A DNA stretch of 64,000 nucleotides, from NCBI RefSeq assembly GCF_018350175.1, contig NC_058368.1, positions 31,188,001-31,252,000 on the forward strand, in the 5' to 3' direction. A model generated the notes under the pieces. The model was not told the DNA's origin and made no database searches. It was given only the letters and a program-made list of their open reading frames with translations. This document shows positions 38,941-51,790 of the stretch, piece after piece. Position numbers and translations under genes: made by a program. Positions within the stretch are counted from its first letter, which is position 1; each line of letters begins with the position of its first letter. The DNA comes from Felis catus. Taxonomy: Eukaryota.

Positions 38941-39155
38941 GGGGTGTCTGGGTGACTTAGTTGAGTGTCTGACTCTTGATTTTGGCTCAGGTCATGATCT
39001 CAGGGTCATGAGATCAAGCCTTGGATCCACTCCACACTAGGCATGGAGTCTGCTTAAGATTCTCTCTCTCTCTCTTTCTCTCTCCCTCTCCCCCTTTCCT
39101 CCACTAGCATGTGTGGTCTCTCTTTCTCAAAAGACAAAAATAAAACAAACACAAA
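38941..39155 (+). mobile_element. Older Can-SINE
   Basis: 'ggggtgtctgggtgacttagttgagtgtctgactcttgattttggctcaggtcatgatctcagggtcatgag'. Flanks both end in catctta. Confidence 0.9.
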
Positions 39156-39561
39156 AATCCCTGCATCTTAGTAAAATATATATATTTCCTGTTATCTTTT
39201 AGTCATTTGTTATTTTAGTCTTGATGGGTTGAAGATTTTATTTGATTAGATTTGTTTTTTGATAACTTGCCATCTGTGATTATTTGAAATCAATGTGAAA
39301 ATGAAAGTATGAAAGTGATTGTTGTTGTTAATTGTTTTTAGTCCCTGCTCATGCCTTAGTGCCATTTTTGAAAGGGTAACTGGGGCAACAGAAAAGAAAA
39401 TGAGGAACAAATATAATATGAATAATACATGGTTATCAAATGTCTTTATACATAAAAATTCATTTGTTTAATCAATATAAAATTACATTACCAAATTGTA
39501 TTTAATTATGAGCATATGGTAAAAATTAGCAATAGTTTTTTAATAAATGTTTTGAATTGCC

Positions 39562-40014
39562 TGAGGCTGCTTTGATCTTCAAAACTAGCATGGTCATCTT
39601 TAATAGGTGTTCTGAAGTTCATGTGATTGATTTCCTAACGCTCATTGTGTACCCATAAATCTTACATTCCTTTCTAGGAGGAGAATAGAGAACCCTTGCA
39701 CATCACAGAACAGGAATCAGACCTCTTGCACAAACCTTTCAAGTACTTAAAGCTGTAAATAGGCACCACTAAATCTACATTGAATCAGGAAATGTTTCAG
39801 GCCACTGCACCCCCTCACTGATCGATGACCCCCTGTCCCTTTAAAAACCTCTTGGCTAGGCAGAAAGCACAGAGTTGGCTTTTGGACAAGAATCTGCCTT
39901 CTCCCCAGGTGGCCCAGGCTGCTGAATAAAGCTCATACTCCTTTCCAATCAACAGTCATCCCCTGACAAATGGCCTTTTGAGCAATGGGCAGCCGAACTT
40001 GGGATTTGGTAACA
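39562..40014 (+). repeat. 5' LTR of the provirus
   Basis: TGAGG...GGTAACA with AATAAA near 39925. Direct repeat of 47097-47541. Confidence 0.95.
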
Positions 40015-40019
40015 ACTTT

Positions 40020-40037
40020 TGGGAAGCCAACTAGGAG
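40020..40037 (+). promoter_or_regulatory. Primer-binding site, tRNA-Arg(ACG)-like
   Basis: tgggaagccaactaggag matches TGGCGAGCCAGCCAGGAG (complement of the tRNA-Arg(ACG) 3' end) at 14/18 positions, 5 nt after the LTR. Confidence 0.75.
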
Positions 40038-40509
40038 CCAATGCTCCTGTGGCATCCAGTTCCCCCTGGGAACTCCAAAGCAGCCCAGTTGTCTAGGGCA
40101 GCACTCCAGGGCTTACTTGTTCATTTCCTGAGCTAGTAACTTGGATTACTGGAGGGGGTTAGCTGCTCAGGTTTAGTTGGTTTCAGGGAGAGAATCTGAA
40201 GAATCTGTCCCTGCAACTGCAGAGGCTTCTTTTGTCTTGGGGAAATTCCATGTTGATTCCTAACACTTGCTCTTTGACTTGAATGGAAAGGGAAAGAGCA
40301 TCTGGGGCAAGCTAACAAGCTTTTGGACTGGGTAGGTTTGTTGAAAGTGCACATCAACATAGTTTCTCTTTTGTGAAGAGCTAGGAACTTTTGTTTTCAT
40401 TGTCTGTGCTTTCCCATTCTGGAAGTGGCACAACAGTTGGGAGAAACTAAGAATTTGAATAATATTCAATTGGTCAATTCCTTTGGGATTTGGGGCAGCT
40501 ATGTCTTTG

Positions 40510-40557
<48 letters not shown>

Positions 40558-40570
40558 CATCTTTGGTGTA

Positions 40571-42064
40571 ATGGGGGTTCTATCTCTATCCCGCCGACAT
40601 TGGGCCAAATTTTGAATAAAAGGAAGGAGTATAGTCAGGAATCTATGACCAAGCAAAAGCTGATTTTCTATTGTAATACTGCCTAACCAATGTACTTTCT
40701 AGAAGCAGATGAGAGATGGCCCCTAAATGGATCTTTAAACCATTACACCATTTTACAACTAGGGATATTTTGTCAAAGAGCAAGAAAGGATAATTAGATA
40801 CCCTATGTTCAGGCTGCTTGTCTTTACATAGTAAAGATGCTGCCCAGGAAAAAAAGTTATTAATGGTGCAGAGACAAGGGGAAAAAACAATTTTTTTTCC
40901 TGATGATGCTATATAGAATATAGGAATATAGAAATGAAAAATAGAAGGGATAGGAAGAATATGTGGCAAATCTAACCCCACTGCCCCCTCTGCAGGAGCT
41001 CTTACCTCCACCTTCTCCTCCTCACCATTCTAAGGGGTGGAACAAAGGAATCCTGGAATAGTCTCTTCCTTTAAGACCTGGCAGGGCACCCAATTTGGAC
41101 AGGAAGCACCCCACTATGGGTAGTGGGCAATATCATTAAGGCAACACCCAGTCGAGGGCATTGGTGCTCAAGGACAGCCTCTCAGACGTTATTGGACATA
41201 TATTCCTTTTACAACTTCAGACTTCATGAGTTATAAAAATGCCAATCCCCCCTTATAGTGAGACCCCCCCCCCAAAAAAATGGTAGAACTCTTTTTGAGC
41301 ACTTTTGCAGCTCATCAGGTCAGCTTGGGCAGATATCCAAGCTTCAGTGAATACCATATTAACTTCAGATGAAAGATGAAAGATGAAAGATGGCTAGTAT
41401 TAGTCAATGAAATGAGGAAGCCCAGCACCCCCATCATGAGGATCCAGCCCAGACCCCACACCTGCCTTCGCATTGGTTGAGCCCAATTGGGACCCAAACC
41501 AAGGGGGTTTGCCTGGATCTGAGCATTATCAGCAGTACATCTTGGCAGGTTTAAGTAAAGGTCTCCCAAGCAGTGCAGTTTCAGTAAGATTCAAGAATTG
41601 AGAGATGCAACAGAAAGTCTGGCTTGTTTAGAAAAGATTTACCTAATTTATCAGAAATGTACAGATATATCATCAGAGGCCCCAGAAAATATCCACATGG
41701 TAAACATGACATTCATAGGGCACAGCATGCCTGATATAAGGAGAAACCTCCAAAAGGAGAAAAAGGTAGTAGGAATGGAACCATCACAGCTAGCTGATGT
41801 AGCCTATGAAGTATTTATTGCATGAGAAGTAAAAGGGCTCACCAGGCTGCAGTCAATGGAAAGTGTGGAAGGCAGGGATGGGAAAAAGAAAAGTAAGTGA
41901 CCTCTAGGAAGTAAGAAAGGAGCTATTGGTGAGAATCAGTGCCACTACTGCAAAAAGAGAGGGCACAGAAAGGGGATTGACTGAAATTGAAAGGAAAACA
42001 AAGGCAGGGAGGAGGGACAAGGTATAAATAAATGATGATGGAAGGAGAGGAAGATGACAAATGA
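40571..42064 (+). pseudogene. gag: ERV gag remnant
   Basis: Matrix-like KQKLIFYCNTA*PMYFLEADERWPLNGSLNHYTILQL, capsid-like FIGHSMPDIRRNLQK, zinc knuckle NQCHYCKKRGH near 41933. Many stops and frameshifts. Confidence 0.9.
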
Positions 42065-45000
42065 AGAGGCTCCCTACCATCTCGCTGATTCAGTTACCAT
42101 TTCCCCACAGGAGCCCTGGGTACAGTTTCCACTGAGGAATCAGCTGATGGACTTTTTAGTGGACACAGGGGCCATGTACAGCATCTTGAATACTAAATTG
42201 ATACAAAACACCCAGAAGGCAGTCTCTGTAGTTGAGGGTCTCAGGTCAAGAACAACAAAGACCTTTCCTACAATGGCTAGAATGCAAGTTTGGTGATTTT
42301 TCTTTGAGACATCATTTTCCTTATATGCCAGAATGTCTGATCTTACTGGGCAATTCTTGCTTTGTAAACTAAACGCTCAGGTAACTCTCTTCAAAGAAAC
42401 AAGCACCTACAAATAAAGGTACCTCCGGGTAAAGTGCTCCCATTACAAGCTGTTCTAACTCAGGTTAAGACACCAGAAGCAGACCCATTCCCTCCTGAAA
42501 TCAATAAACAAGTAAGTAAAGTGATTTGGGCAGATAGAGTGGTAGGGAGGGCAAAAGATTTGACACCTGTATGAACAGACTTGAAAGAGGAGATTTACCA
42601 TCCCTAGGAAAAGGCAGTACCCTTTAAAAAAAGGAAGTTGTAGAAGATATACAGGCCAACTTGCAGAAGTTCTTGAAATATGGCTTAATTTGAGCTTGAA
42701 GGCCATATGATAAATACAACCATTGTTCCAAAAAAGAAATACTCATGAGTACCATTTTGTACAAGATTTATGGGCCATTAATTAAGCCATACAAGACATA
42801 CCTGACTTTGTCCAATCCATACACACTAACTGTAATAGTTGGTGATTATGAATGGTTGATTGTACTAGATCTAAAGGAAGCCTATTTCTGAATTCCAACA
42901 GAGAAGGCCCAATTGTTGTTTGCTTTTGAATGCCAGGACCCTTAGAAATCAGAACCACCTCCTGAAACTATTGGATGGTGTCACCATAAGGATTTAAAAA
43001 TCACCCCTGCCCCACTATTTTTGGTGAAATCTTAGCAAAGGATTTGAGGATGATAAAATTAGCTGATGGGATTTTATTACGTATATATCATTTGTTAATT
43101 GATACCCCCACTTATGAAGTTTGTCTAGACAATACTATTCTGGTTTTAAATCATTTGGCAGACTGCAAATATAAAATGCCAGCATACAAGGCCCAAATTT
43201 GTAAATAAGAGATTGTTTATCTTGGCTCTCAGCTGTGTCAGGGACAATGTATCCTCACTGATGGGGTGGGGGGTGGGGGGAAGAAACAGTTTTAGCTCTA
43301 CAAACCCCCAGAAATCAGTGACAACTCTATGAGTTTGGGGGAATCGCTGGTTTCTGTCAGATCTGAATTTCAAATTATGGTTTGATAGTCAAGCTTTATG
43401 TGAAGCTCTAAGAGAATTGGATTCGGAGCCTTGAATTGGACTATGGAATATCAATTGGCATTTGAGACAATAAAGGAAAAATTGGCAAATGTCCCAGTTC
43501 TAGGATTACCAAACCCTAAAAAGCCCTTTAAGCTATACATACATGAAAGGCAAGGTCACAGATTGGGGGTCCTCATACACATTCTTGAGGATAGTCCACA
43601 GTCAGTGACCTATTTCTCTGAGCAATTAGAACCCACAGCCAAAGGATAGCTCCTCTGTTGGAGGGCTGTTGCAGCTATTTGTGACATACTACAAGATGTT
43701 ATGTTAACAAGATGAAGTGTTAACACTTGGGCAAGAGATAATGGTGTATGTGCCTTATCAAATATTAACCCTTTTAGAACAGAAACAGGATATTGGCTAA
43801 TAGCTACAAGAATGAGTGGATAGCAAGCTATATTGTTAGACAATCCAAATGTGACTTTATAGCAACAACAGCATTGAATCCAGCAACTTTGCCACCTGAT
43901 AACTTGAACACCACCTCAAGTAAGAATGAATGTGTTAAGATCATTGATGCAGTATATTCTAGCCAGTCAGACCTCCTCCATCAACCACTGCCGGCACCAG
44001 ATTATGGGTTATTTACAGATGGTAATAGTGTCATGGACAATGGCAAGCAATGATCTGGATATGTAGTGGTCACACTGGTTCGGATAATAAAAGCACATGC
44101 TTTCCCCCCAACTACCTCCTCACAAAAGACAGAACTGATTGTTCTAACATGGGCCCTGGAGTTATCACAAGTGGAAAAGGTAAATATTTATACCGACTCA
44201 AAATATGCTTTTGTGATAACTCATGCACACCAATTTGGAAAGAGAGGGGTTTATTGATCTTCCCCAACAATGACATTAAATATTCCCAAGAAATCCTGTG
44301 ATTATTAGAAGCTATCTATCTTCCTGCTGATGTAGTGATTATGCATTACCCAGGGTACCAGAAGGGGAATTCTCAAATATCAAGAGGTAACTGGTTAGCA
44401 GATGCAACAGCCAAAATAGTGGCCAAAAACTCACACTCAAGAGATCCTTGAGTGGATCTCTCTGCCTTTAAACCCCAGTACAGGCAATAAGATGAAGAGA
44501 GAACACACACAAAAATGGGGCTTTACTCAAACAGACCCCACTGCTTCATGGAAAATGAACTCCCACTGGATAATACTATTACCTGCATAGATAGTATTAC
44601 CTATGCCCTGATAGTGAATCTAGTCTTAAAGCATATGCATGAAGGATCACACTATGGGAAGGATGCTTTAATGGATTTTATTAGGCCTCATTTGAAGGAG
44701 ACTTATCTATAGAAAATGGCCCACACAGGCACCCAGAGATGTACTGTACGTGCAAAGAATAATCCAAACAATGAGAGACACTTACCAGGTCAAGGGATAC
44801 AATATAAATTGGAATGTCCTTTTGAGGATTAGCAGATAGGCTTTACCCACATTCCTAGGACTACTTGGAATTGTAAATATTTACTAGTATTTGTAGGTAT
44901 CTTTTCGGGATGGTTTTAAGTGTTTCCCACCTAAACAGAAAAAAGTCCAGATATTGTAAGACTGTTGCTGAAGGAAATTATTCCTAGATTTGGTTTATCC

Positions 45001-45690
45001 AGCACTATTCAGAGTGATAATGGGCCTGCCTTTCTATGTGAGGTGGTATATAAAGTAAATGCTGCTTTACAGATCATCCAGAAATTGCATCCTTCATGGA
45101 GACCTCAATCAACAGGAAAAATGGGGGAAAGATGAATCATACGTTGAAAAAGACTTTGACTAAAAGCTGTCAAGAAACTAACCTGAAATGGGATAAGATT
45201 GTACCTATTTCCCTTCTCTGCATTAGGATTGCCCCCAAAAGTGGGCTAAAATTAAGCCCTTTGAGATTGTATTTGAGAGACCCTTTTAAACCGAGGCTCT
45301 AGGGACAGCACCCTTAGACTTAGAAAATGAAAGTAAGATTAAACAGTATGTACAACATTTGAGTCAGGTATTAACTGTTTGCACAAGTTTGTCCTCTCCA
45401 GGTCTATGTATGCTTCAGATGAGCCACTTCATCCTTTTAGACCTGGAGACAGAGTACTATTATAAAAGACCTGTAAAAATCAAGAGCCTGATCAAAAGTT
45501 GGCTGAGAAATGGATGGGGTGTTATGATGTTTGACTAACCATCATACCTCTCTAAAATTTTCAGGTATCAGCCACGGATACACTATACCAGAATGAGGAG
45601 GGTTCTAGCTACTGATGACAAAGAAGCCACTGAAAGTCCCTGCTGGGAAAGCCATCCTATTCAAGATTTAAAAGACCTCTTTAGGAAAGG
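42065..45690 (+). pseudogene. pol: ERV pro-pol remnant (PR, RT, RNase H, IN)
   Basis: Protease FLVDTGAMYSIL. RT EYHFVQDLWAIN and LDLKEAYF. Tether PVLGLPNPKKPFKLYIHE. RNase H LFTDGNS and VNIYTDSKYAF. Integrase IQSDNGPAF near 45008. Confidence 0.93.
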
Positions 45691-45696
45691 AAACCT

Positions 45697-46990
45697 ATGA
45701 CAACTATGTTCGTTCTGTGGTCCATATTAATGATGTCTTCTCTCTCCTTAGGTTGGAAAGACAATGCACTCGTACAGGTAACTCCGAATTTGGCTATAGT
45801 ACATGTTCTACTGATTGCTGGATAGGTCATCCAAAAGCTCAGTGGATGCTGGACCATGGAGACCTCTTGGCCCACCCTATTTATAACACCTGAAGGCAAC
45901 TGATTTCCAATTACAAAGGCCCAAATACTAATGTATAGGCTTAGAATAGTTAGATTCTTCCAAAATGATCATGAGGTACCCAGTGTGTTATGATCCCTCC
46001 AATTACTGAACTAAAAGAGTTAATCTTCAAAGGACAGAGCAGGCATATATTCCTCAATTAGCTATCATGTGAAACCACCTCCCAAAAGGGAGCAACTCCC
46101 TACGTGTAAACGATAGTCTGTTTTCTTTCTGGCTATGGACAATATCCATAGCCAAGTTCAGGTGGGCAGGAATTGGATGGAATTAGCTGCTCTATTACTG
46201 AGCTGATTCTAAGACCTGAGGAAGTCTCCACATTTTGTCTTTGTGCTCTATTTGGGTTTGTCTTTATTTGCAAATTAGTCATGGCCACAGACCATATTAC
46301 AAAGTTTTTTAACCCCAAACGGTGTCGTCTGGCCACCCTGGTGATCCCCTTCTCCCTTCATCCTAACAAAACCAAACATTGAGCCACCTCCCTAAAATTA
46401 TTTCCCAGACCGACTTGTGATCTTCCAGGCAATATCCCTGATGGGGATGAATATTTCTTTCATTATATATTGCTGTGGTGGGGGAGCTGCTGCCCAATAA
46501 CATGTGCTTTGCAGTCTGTCTCAAACTCTCCACCACTGGGGATAATACAACTGCCAAATATTTGGCTAACTCACAGAAATCAGTAGAATCCCTTGCTAAA
46601 GTTGTCCTGGATAACCGTATGGCTCCTAACTGAGCAAGAGGGAGTTTGTGTTGTTGTTAATTTGTCTTGCTGCACATATATCAATACCTCCTCAGAGGTA
46701 GAAACCGGTATTGATAAAATCAGACAGCAAGCCACTTAGTTACAGCAAACCCTATATTTCTACCTGCTCTGTTCCAGGGAGGATATGATTGGTTCACAAA
46801 CCTCTTCTCCTAGATACCATCAGTATTTAAGTCCACATTACAAGGCATTCTAAAATTAGGACTCACCCTGATGTTAGAGGTACTATGCGTACACCTAAGA
46901 CTTAAGCTCACTACATTGTGTATATAAAAAACTTCAAGCAAGCCACATCAGCAGTCATAAATTAATGCTTCAAATCCACATTAACATATT
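45697..46990 (+). pseudogene. env: ERV env remnant, gamma-type
   Basis: Signal peptide MTTMFVLWSILMMSSLSLG then WKDNALV. Degenerate CxxC (DCWIGH, 45813-45830). TM segment SLAKVVLDNRMA...LTEQEGVCVVVNLSCCTYINTS (CX6CC) at about 46590-46690. Confidence 0.9.
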
Positions 46991-47096
46991 CCATCCCAAG
47001 GTCCTGAATATACCCTTTATCAGCCTGAAGAAGCTACAGAAGGTGAGTCTTCTCCCTCAATACCATAGATACGGAATAAAATTAACAGTGGGGAAT

Positions 47097-47541
47097 TAAG
47101 GCCACCTTGACCTTTGTAACTCACATGGTGATCTTTCATATGTGTTCTTAAGTTCATGTGATTGACTTCCTAACCCTCATCTTGTATCTATAAATCTTAC
47201 ATTCCTTTCTAGGAGGAGAACAGAAAGCCCTCATACATCACTGAACAGGAATCAGACCTCTTGTACAAACATCAAGCACCTCTGAAAATAAGCACCACTA
47301 AATCTACATGGAATCAGGAAACGTTTCAGGCTACTGCACCCCCTCACTGATCAATGACACTCTGTCCCTTTAAAACCCTCTTGGCTAGGCAGAAACACAG
47401 AGTTGGCTTTTGGACAAGAGTCTGCCTTCTCCCCAGCTGGCTGGCCTCCTGAATAAAGCTCATATTCCTTGCCAACCAACAGCCATCTCTTGAGTATTGG
47501 CCTTTTGACCAATGGGCAGCCGAACATGGGACTTGGTAACA
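47097..47541 (+). repeat. 3' LTR of the provirus
   Basis: Colinear with the 5' LTR, roughly 85% identical by eye, ends GGTAACA. Confidence 0.95.
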
Positions 47542-47750
47542 TGCCCTTCTCATAGTTGGAGACCACTGAATTAAAAGCTATCAGAAAAAAATCCTCTTCT
47601 CCTATACCTTCTCAATCTTTATATCTCTTTCTTATATTTCTTATTTGAGAAGCCTTGAATTCTTGAGGACTAAGAAGTCTTCCTTGTTTTCATTTGAATT
47701 TTGATACAAATAACTTTGTTCCAAAGAACATCAAAATAGATAGCTTACCA

Positions 47751-47952
47751 GGGGTGCCTGGATGGCTTAGTCAGTTAAGCGTCCAACTTCAGCTCAGGTC
47801 ATGATCTCATGGTTGATAAGTTCAAGTCCCGTGTTGGGCTCTGTGCTGACAAATCAGAGCCTGGAACTTGCTTCAGATTCTGTGTGTCCCTCTCTGTCTG
47901 CCCCCTCTCCTCCTGTCTCTCTGCCTCTCAAAAGTAAATAAACTTTAAAAAA
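47751..47952 (+). mobile_element. Can-SINE
   Basis: Head 'ggggtgcctggatggcttagtcagttaagcgtcc' and A-tail. Confidence 0.93.
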
Positions 47953-49653
47953 ATAGTTTAGCAGATATTAATATTCATGCCCTATTAAAATAATGTTTTA
48001 TGTAATATTTTGTAGTATTTATAGATGGACTATGAATAGTCCTTCTTGAAATGGTTTTATACTTTAAATAATATAAAATTAATTAATGCTTTATATATTT
48101 AAATAGTCATACAATAGGTAGAAATGTTGAATGACTAAATTAAAGGAATTTAGAAAAGATTATTTATTATCCACTGTACTTAAAGCTTAAAAGTGCTGCA
48201 AACAATTTTATTAGTTGTCTTTAATTAGAGTTTAAGGTAAACAATAAAGGAAACTTAGATATACTAAACTCCCCATAATACACCCTATGCAACAATACAG
48301 AATTATGTCTAGTATGCTACTCAAGATTAAGCATTAAAGAAAAAGCAGCAGATATCAACATTTACATTGGCAAATGCATTTATCTTCAGTAGATTAGAGC
48401 AAATATGGTCTTTTCAGACAAAGTGGCTCTAGTGAGGTGAATTTACTTCTTGGTTTTAAATTCTGTACAATAAAAAGTAAAGGGATCTCAATTTAAAGCT
48501 GAATTCTTCTATGCAGCACATTTTATATCTACCTGAATTCAAGTTTATGTGCCTAATGAATGAGTTACAATGCTCAAGCACCTATTAATAATGAGAAGAT
48601 GAAGTTAGATAAGATGCGGCTTGCCTGATCTTTGCAAGTCTCCCAGAACCAAGGTGCACTGCCATTTAAGCATGCATCTTTAAGAATCGCAGTGTGTGCA
48701 AGGATGCTTAGGTTTCAAAAAAATCCCTCAATGATGAAGAAGAAATTATCTGTTGTGTCATCACCTCCCAAGAAGCTCTTCTATAAATAAGGTTAACACA
48801 GACCAAATAAGACTTTTCCTTTTGGAGAAACAAGGACCACACATGTGCCTGTGATAACTCATATGTGTTTCATAAAAATGATAAAGTTATTATGCGGTGG
48901 CCTATTTGGCCAGTTTTGAATTAGAAGCCTTAGAACAAATTCCATATGTCGGAAATTGAGTGAGTAAACTCGTGTTGAATAATGAGAATGATAAATTAAA
49001 GAATATACGTGTGATTTATCATTCCTTCCTAGAGAACACCTTTAGCAATAGCAAATGTAAATTAAGATGACATTACAAAACAGATTAGGGGAGAATAGCA
49101 TGCAGAATTCCAGCGAGATTAACAATGAGGACAGGAGGCATTTTAAAAATCACAGAAGATATTCAAGCACCTACTGGTCTTGGAAAGAGTCAGTGTTCGT
49201 CTAGTCCCTTTCATCCAAGAATCTCACTACATTTAAATGTATTTCAAATTGATTTCCACGTGCTAAAGCATTCATATTGTAATTTAAATCCAACAGATCA
49301 AAATAAAAATCACAGTGCCCTGTGTTTATTAAAAACTACAAAACAGAAAGAAAACTACTAATGAATCCCTCTTGGTAAATTATTCACAGACACAAACACA
49401 GGGAAGATGAGCAGAAAACACTGTGCTTCACTAACACTGTGGGGTAGGATAATTTATTGGAAAATTCATTTGTGTTTTGGTTTCTCTGCTAAGGAAAAAT
49501 CAGAAAGAATGAGTTCACAGTGTTTTGTGCTCTACATTTTTCCATCCGTTCTGACTAGGTCCTTGTATTTCTTTGCCTCAGGGGCTTCTCAGGGCCTAAA
49601 GCAGAAGGTGCTTGAAAATAACCTCTCTTCCTGGCTTTTTTAAAAGTCCAAAC

Positions 49654-50693
49654 CAGGGGTCACACTCTCAAATACCAACAGAGCCAGGCTGGCACCTAAG
49701 TGAACAAAGTTGGACTGGGTTTAATTTTTCCCACGTAGGCTCCATTTAATTGCATATTTATCTATGAAGGAATGTTTTTACACTAAGGAATACATTTTTC
49801 CATTTTCTAAAAAAAAATTATTTAGAATTTTGGTCCACTTCTCTTTTGATAGTGTCAATGAAAAATTGCACCGGAATTAAACAGGAAAGGAAAACTTTAT
49901 TCAAGATTATAACAATAGAGGTGAAGACCGTTGCCACAGGAAAAAGACACTGAAGTCAACTTTGCTGAAACAGAAAGTAGGAGGATTCTTAAATGCTGGA
50001 GAGCAAGCTAATGAAAAATATAGGGGAACATTGGGGAAGGCTGGTCTATGTGGTTAGGCCATCTGTGTTGAGTTCCTATCATCCCAGAGAGATTGGGATA
50101 CAGGGGTACTAATTCTTTTGATTATTACATTTGAAAGGAATAGCCCCCAGGTCTTTGAGAAAGACCTTCCAAGGTTACAAAAATGGGCAAGAACTTGGGA
50201 GAAGACTTACATCTCAGAGGGGCAGAGAAAAAATTCAGAGGACTAAGTTTTCTAAATAAGTAAGCTCAAAAAAAAAAAGAAGGTCAGAGACCTATTACCA
50301 GGAAGAAGCCTATACGAAATTTAGTTAAACCAGGGGGAAACTTAAGGCCTTCATGGTCAACAGTGACATAGCTGTAGGGAGATATTTCTCTTATACTAGG
50401 AAGACAACAGTGTAAATGTGATAACTGGCAAGGACCAGCAGGTTAATGTCCTGGGAGATGTTAGTTGTCCTGATGAGGAAACCTGAAGCCTGCAAGCCTC
50501 ATCTAAAGGGAGCAGTAGTACACTGCCCCAGCTAGTGTTCTCAGAAGGAACTGCAGACCTAGTTTTGCCAGATCTGTTAATTTTTCAGGAGTATCCATAT
50601 TTTTATCTAGGCAATTAATTTAAAGTTTTTCATCACTTTGAAATACTAGCAATAGACAAACCTGGCCAGTAAGTGACCAAGCTATCATCTCTG
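49654..50693. mobile_element. hAT-Charlie relic (MER103-like) interrupted by a solo LTR
   Basis: 'caggggtcacactctcaaataccaacagagccaggc' at the left and 'ctagttttgccagatctgttaattttc' at the right. Confidence 0.5.
49853..50362 (-). mobile_element. Solo LTR (ERV1-like)
   Basis: Minus strand reads TGTTGACC...TTGACA with AATAAA about 45 nt from the 3' end. About 510 bp. TSD not clearly preserved. Confidence 0.7.
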
Positions 50694-50695
50694 GC

Positions 50696-50696
<1 letters not shown>

Positions 50697-50776
<80 letters not shown>
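50697..50776. repeat. Poly-A joined to (GT)n microsatellite
   Basis: Directly visible. Confidence 0.95.
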
Positions 50777-50780
<4 letters not shown>

Positions 50781-50910
50781 GCATCCTAAGAAGAGAAGAA
50801 AGAGGGGAAACTGCCCTTTTTATTCAGGGTTTGGGGATAAAAGAAGTGAAAAAGTGAAAAGACAGTTTAAAGGGAGGATTAAGGACTGTCTGCATGGGTA
50901 ATGGATCATG

Positions 50911-50982
50911 AAATCAACTTGACTCCAAGCTTCCCTTCCACTGGAATCATAGGAAGCTTAAGGCTTGGAGTCAAGTTGATTT
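50911..50982. repeat. Perfect 20-bp inverted repeat (72-nt hairpin)
   Basis: aaatcaacttgactccaagc (50911-50930) is the exact reverse complement of gcttggagtcaagttgattt (50963-50982). Confidence 0.95.
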
Positions 50983-51549
50983 GATTCAAATTAAAAAAGA
51001 AATTTGATATTTTCTTTTCAGTGAAATTTGTGGAGTAAGAATCATACCCAGATAAAATGCATGTGTGATTTTACTGTTCTCATAGGTTACTTCATATAAT
51101 AGGTATGTTCATTAAGGAGAGAGGGATATGATTCATATTCTACCATTCTAACAAAAATATTAATATTACTTGTTTTCTATAACTGATGTCACTCTCTTGG
51201 TTAACCCCCATTCCCATCTATAGGGTACAGCATAGGAGCTGAAGGACTTCAAATTTGCCAAACCAGTCTTTCCATTTTTCAGACTTTCTTCTTTGCCTTT
51301 TCAGTCTCTTTTGAATCCCATAGTCAGAATTTTAAAGTTAAATCTTCAAGTCAGGGCTGTCTCTCTTACTTCAAAAAGGTCACCATTTCTTCTCCCTTTT
51401 TTCCTTTTTTCAAGTGGCGCCTGGTTGCAGGAAAACACATATTCTTAGTGAAAGAAAGAGTCTCACCAGTGTGCACTAGAATCTGATTGTCCTGGTTCTT
51501 TATCTTGGGCATCAAACTTATAATAAGTATTACATCACAAAGACCGGTA

Positions 51550-51790
51550 TGTGTAGAGTTTAAGAGCACAGAAAGTAGGATAATATTGCCTAGGTTCACA
51601 GCTCAGCTTTGCCACTTATTAGCTATATGACACTGGGTAATTAAACTTTCTGCATCTTAATTTTGTCCTGTACAACAGGGAGATAAAAATAGTACTTACT
51701 CATGGAGGTTTAAGAGGATTGAATTATTTAATATGATCCAATTATTTCATATGAGTGCCTGATCTATGGCAAGTTCTCACTAAATATTAT
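51550..51790 (+). mobile_element. MIR SINE relic
   Basis: Core 'ctcagctttgccacttattagctatatgacactgggtaa' and 'ataaaaatagtacttactcat'. Confidence 0.7.

Larger units (their letters stand above)
39562..47541 (+). mobile_element. Full-length endogenous retrovirus, class I (gamma-like), decayed
   Basis: Two LTRs, 4-bp TSD TGCC (39558-39561 / 47542-47545), PBS, gag-pro-pol-env remnants in order, and a purine-rich tract 'agtggggaat' just before the 3' LTR. Confidence 0.97.

Noticed and set aside
40571..46990. Functional or domesticated retroviral ORF
   Set aside because: gag, pol and env all carry many stops and frameshifts, and the RT catalytic motif near 43080 is destroyed.
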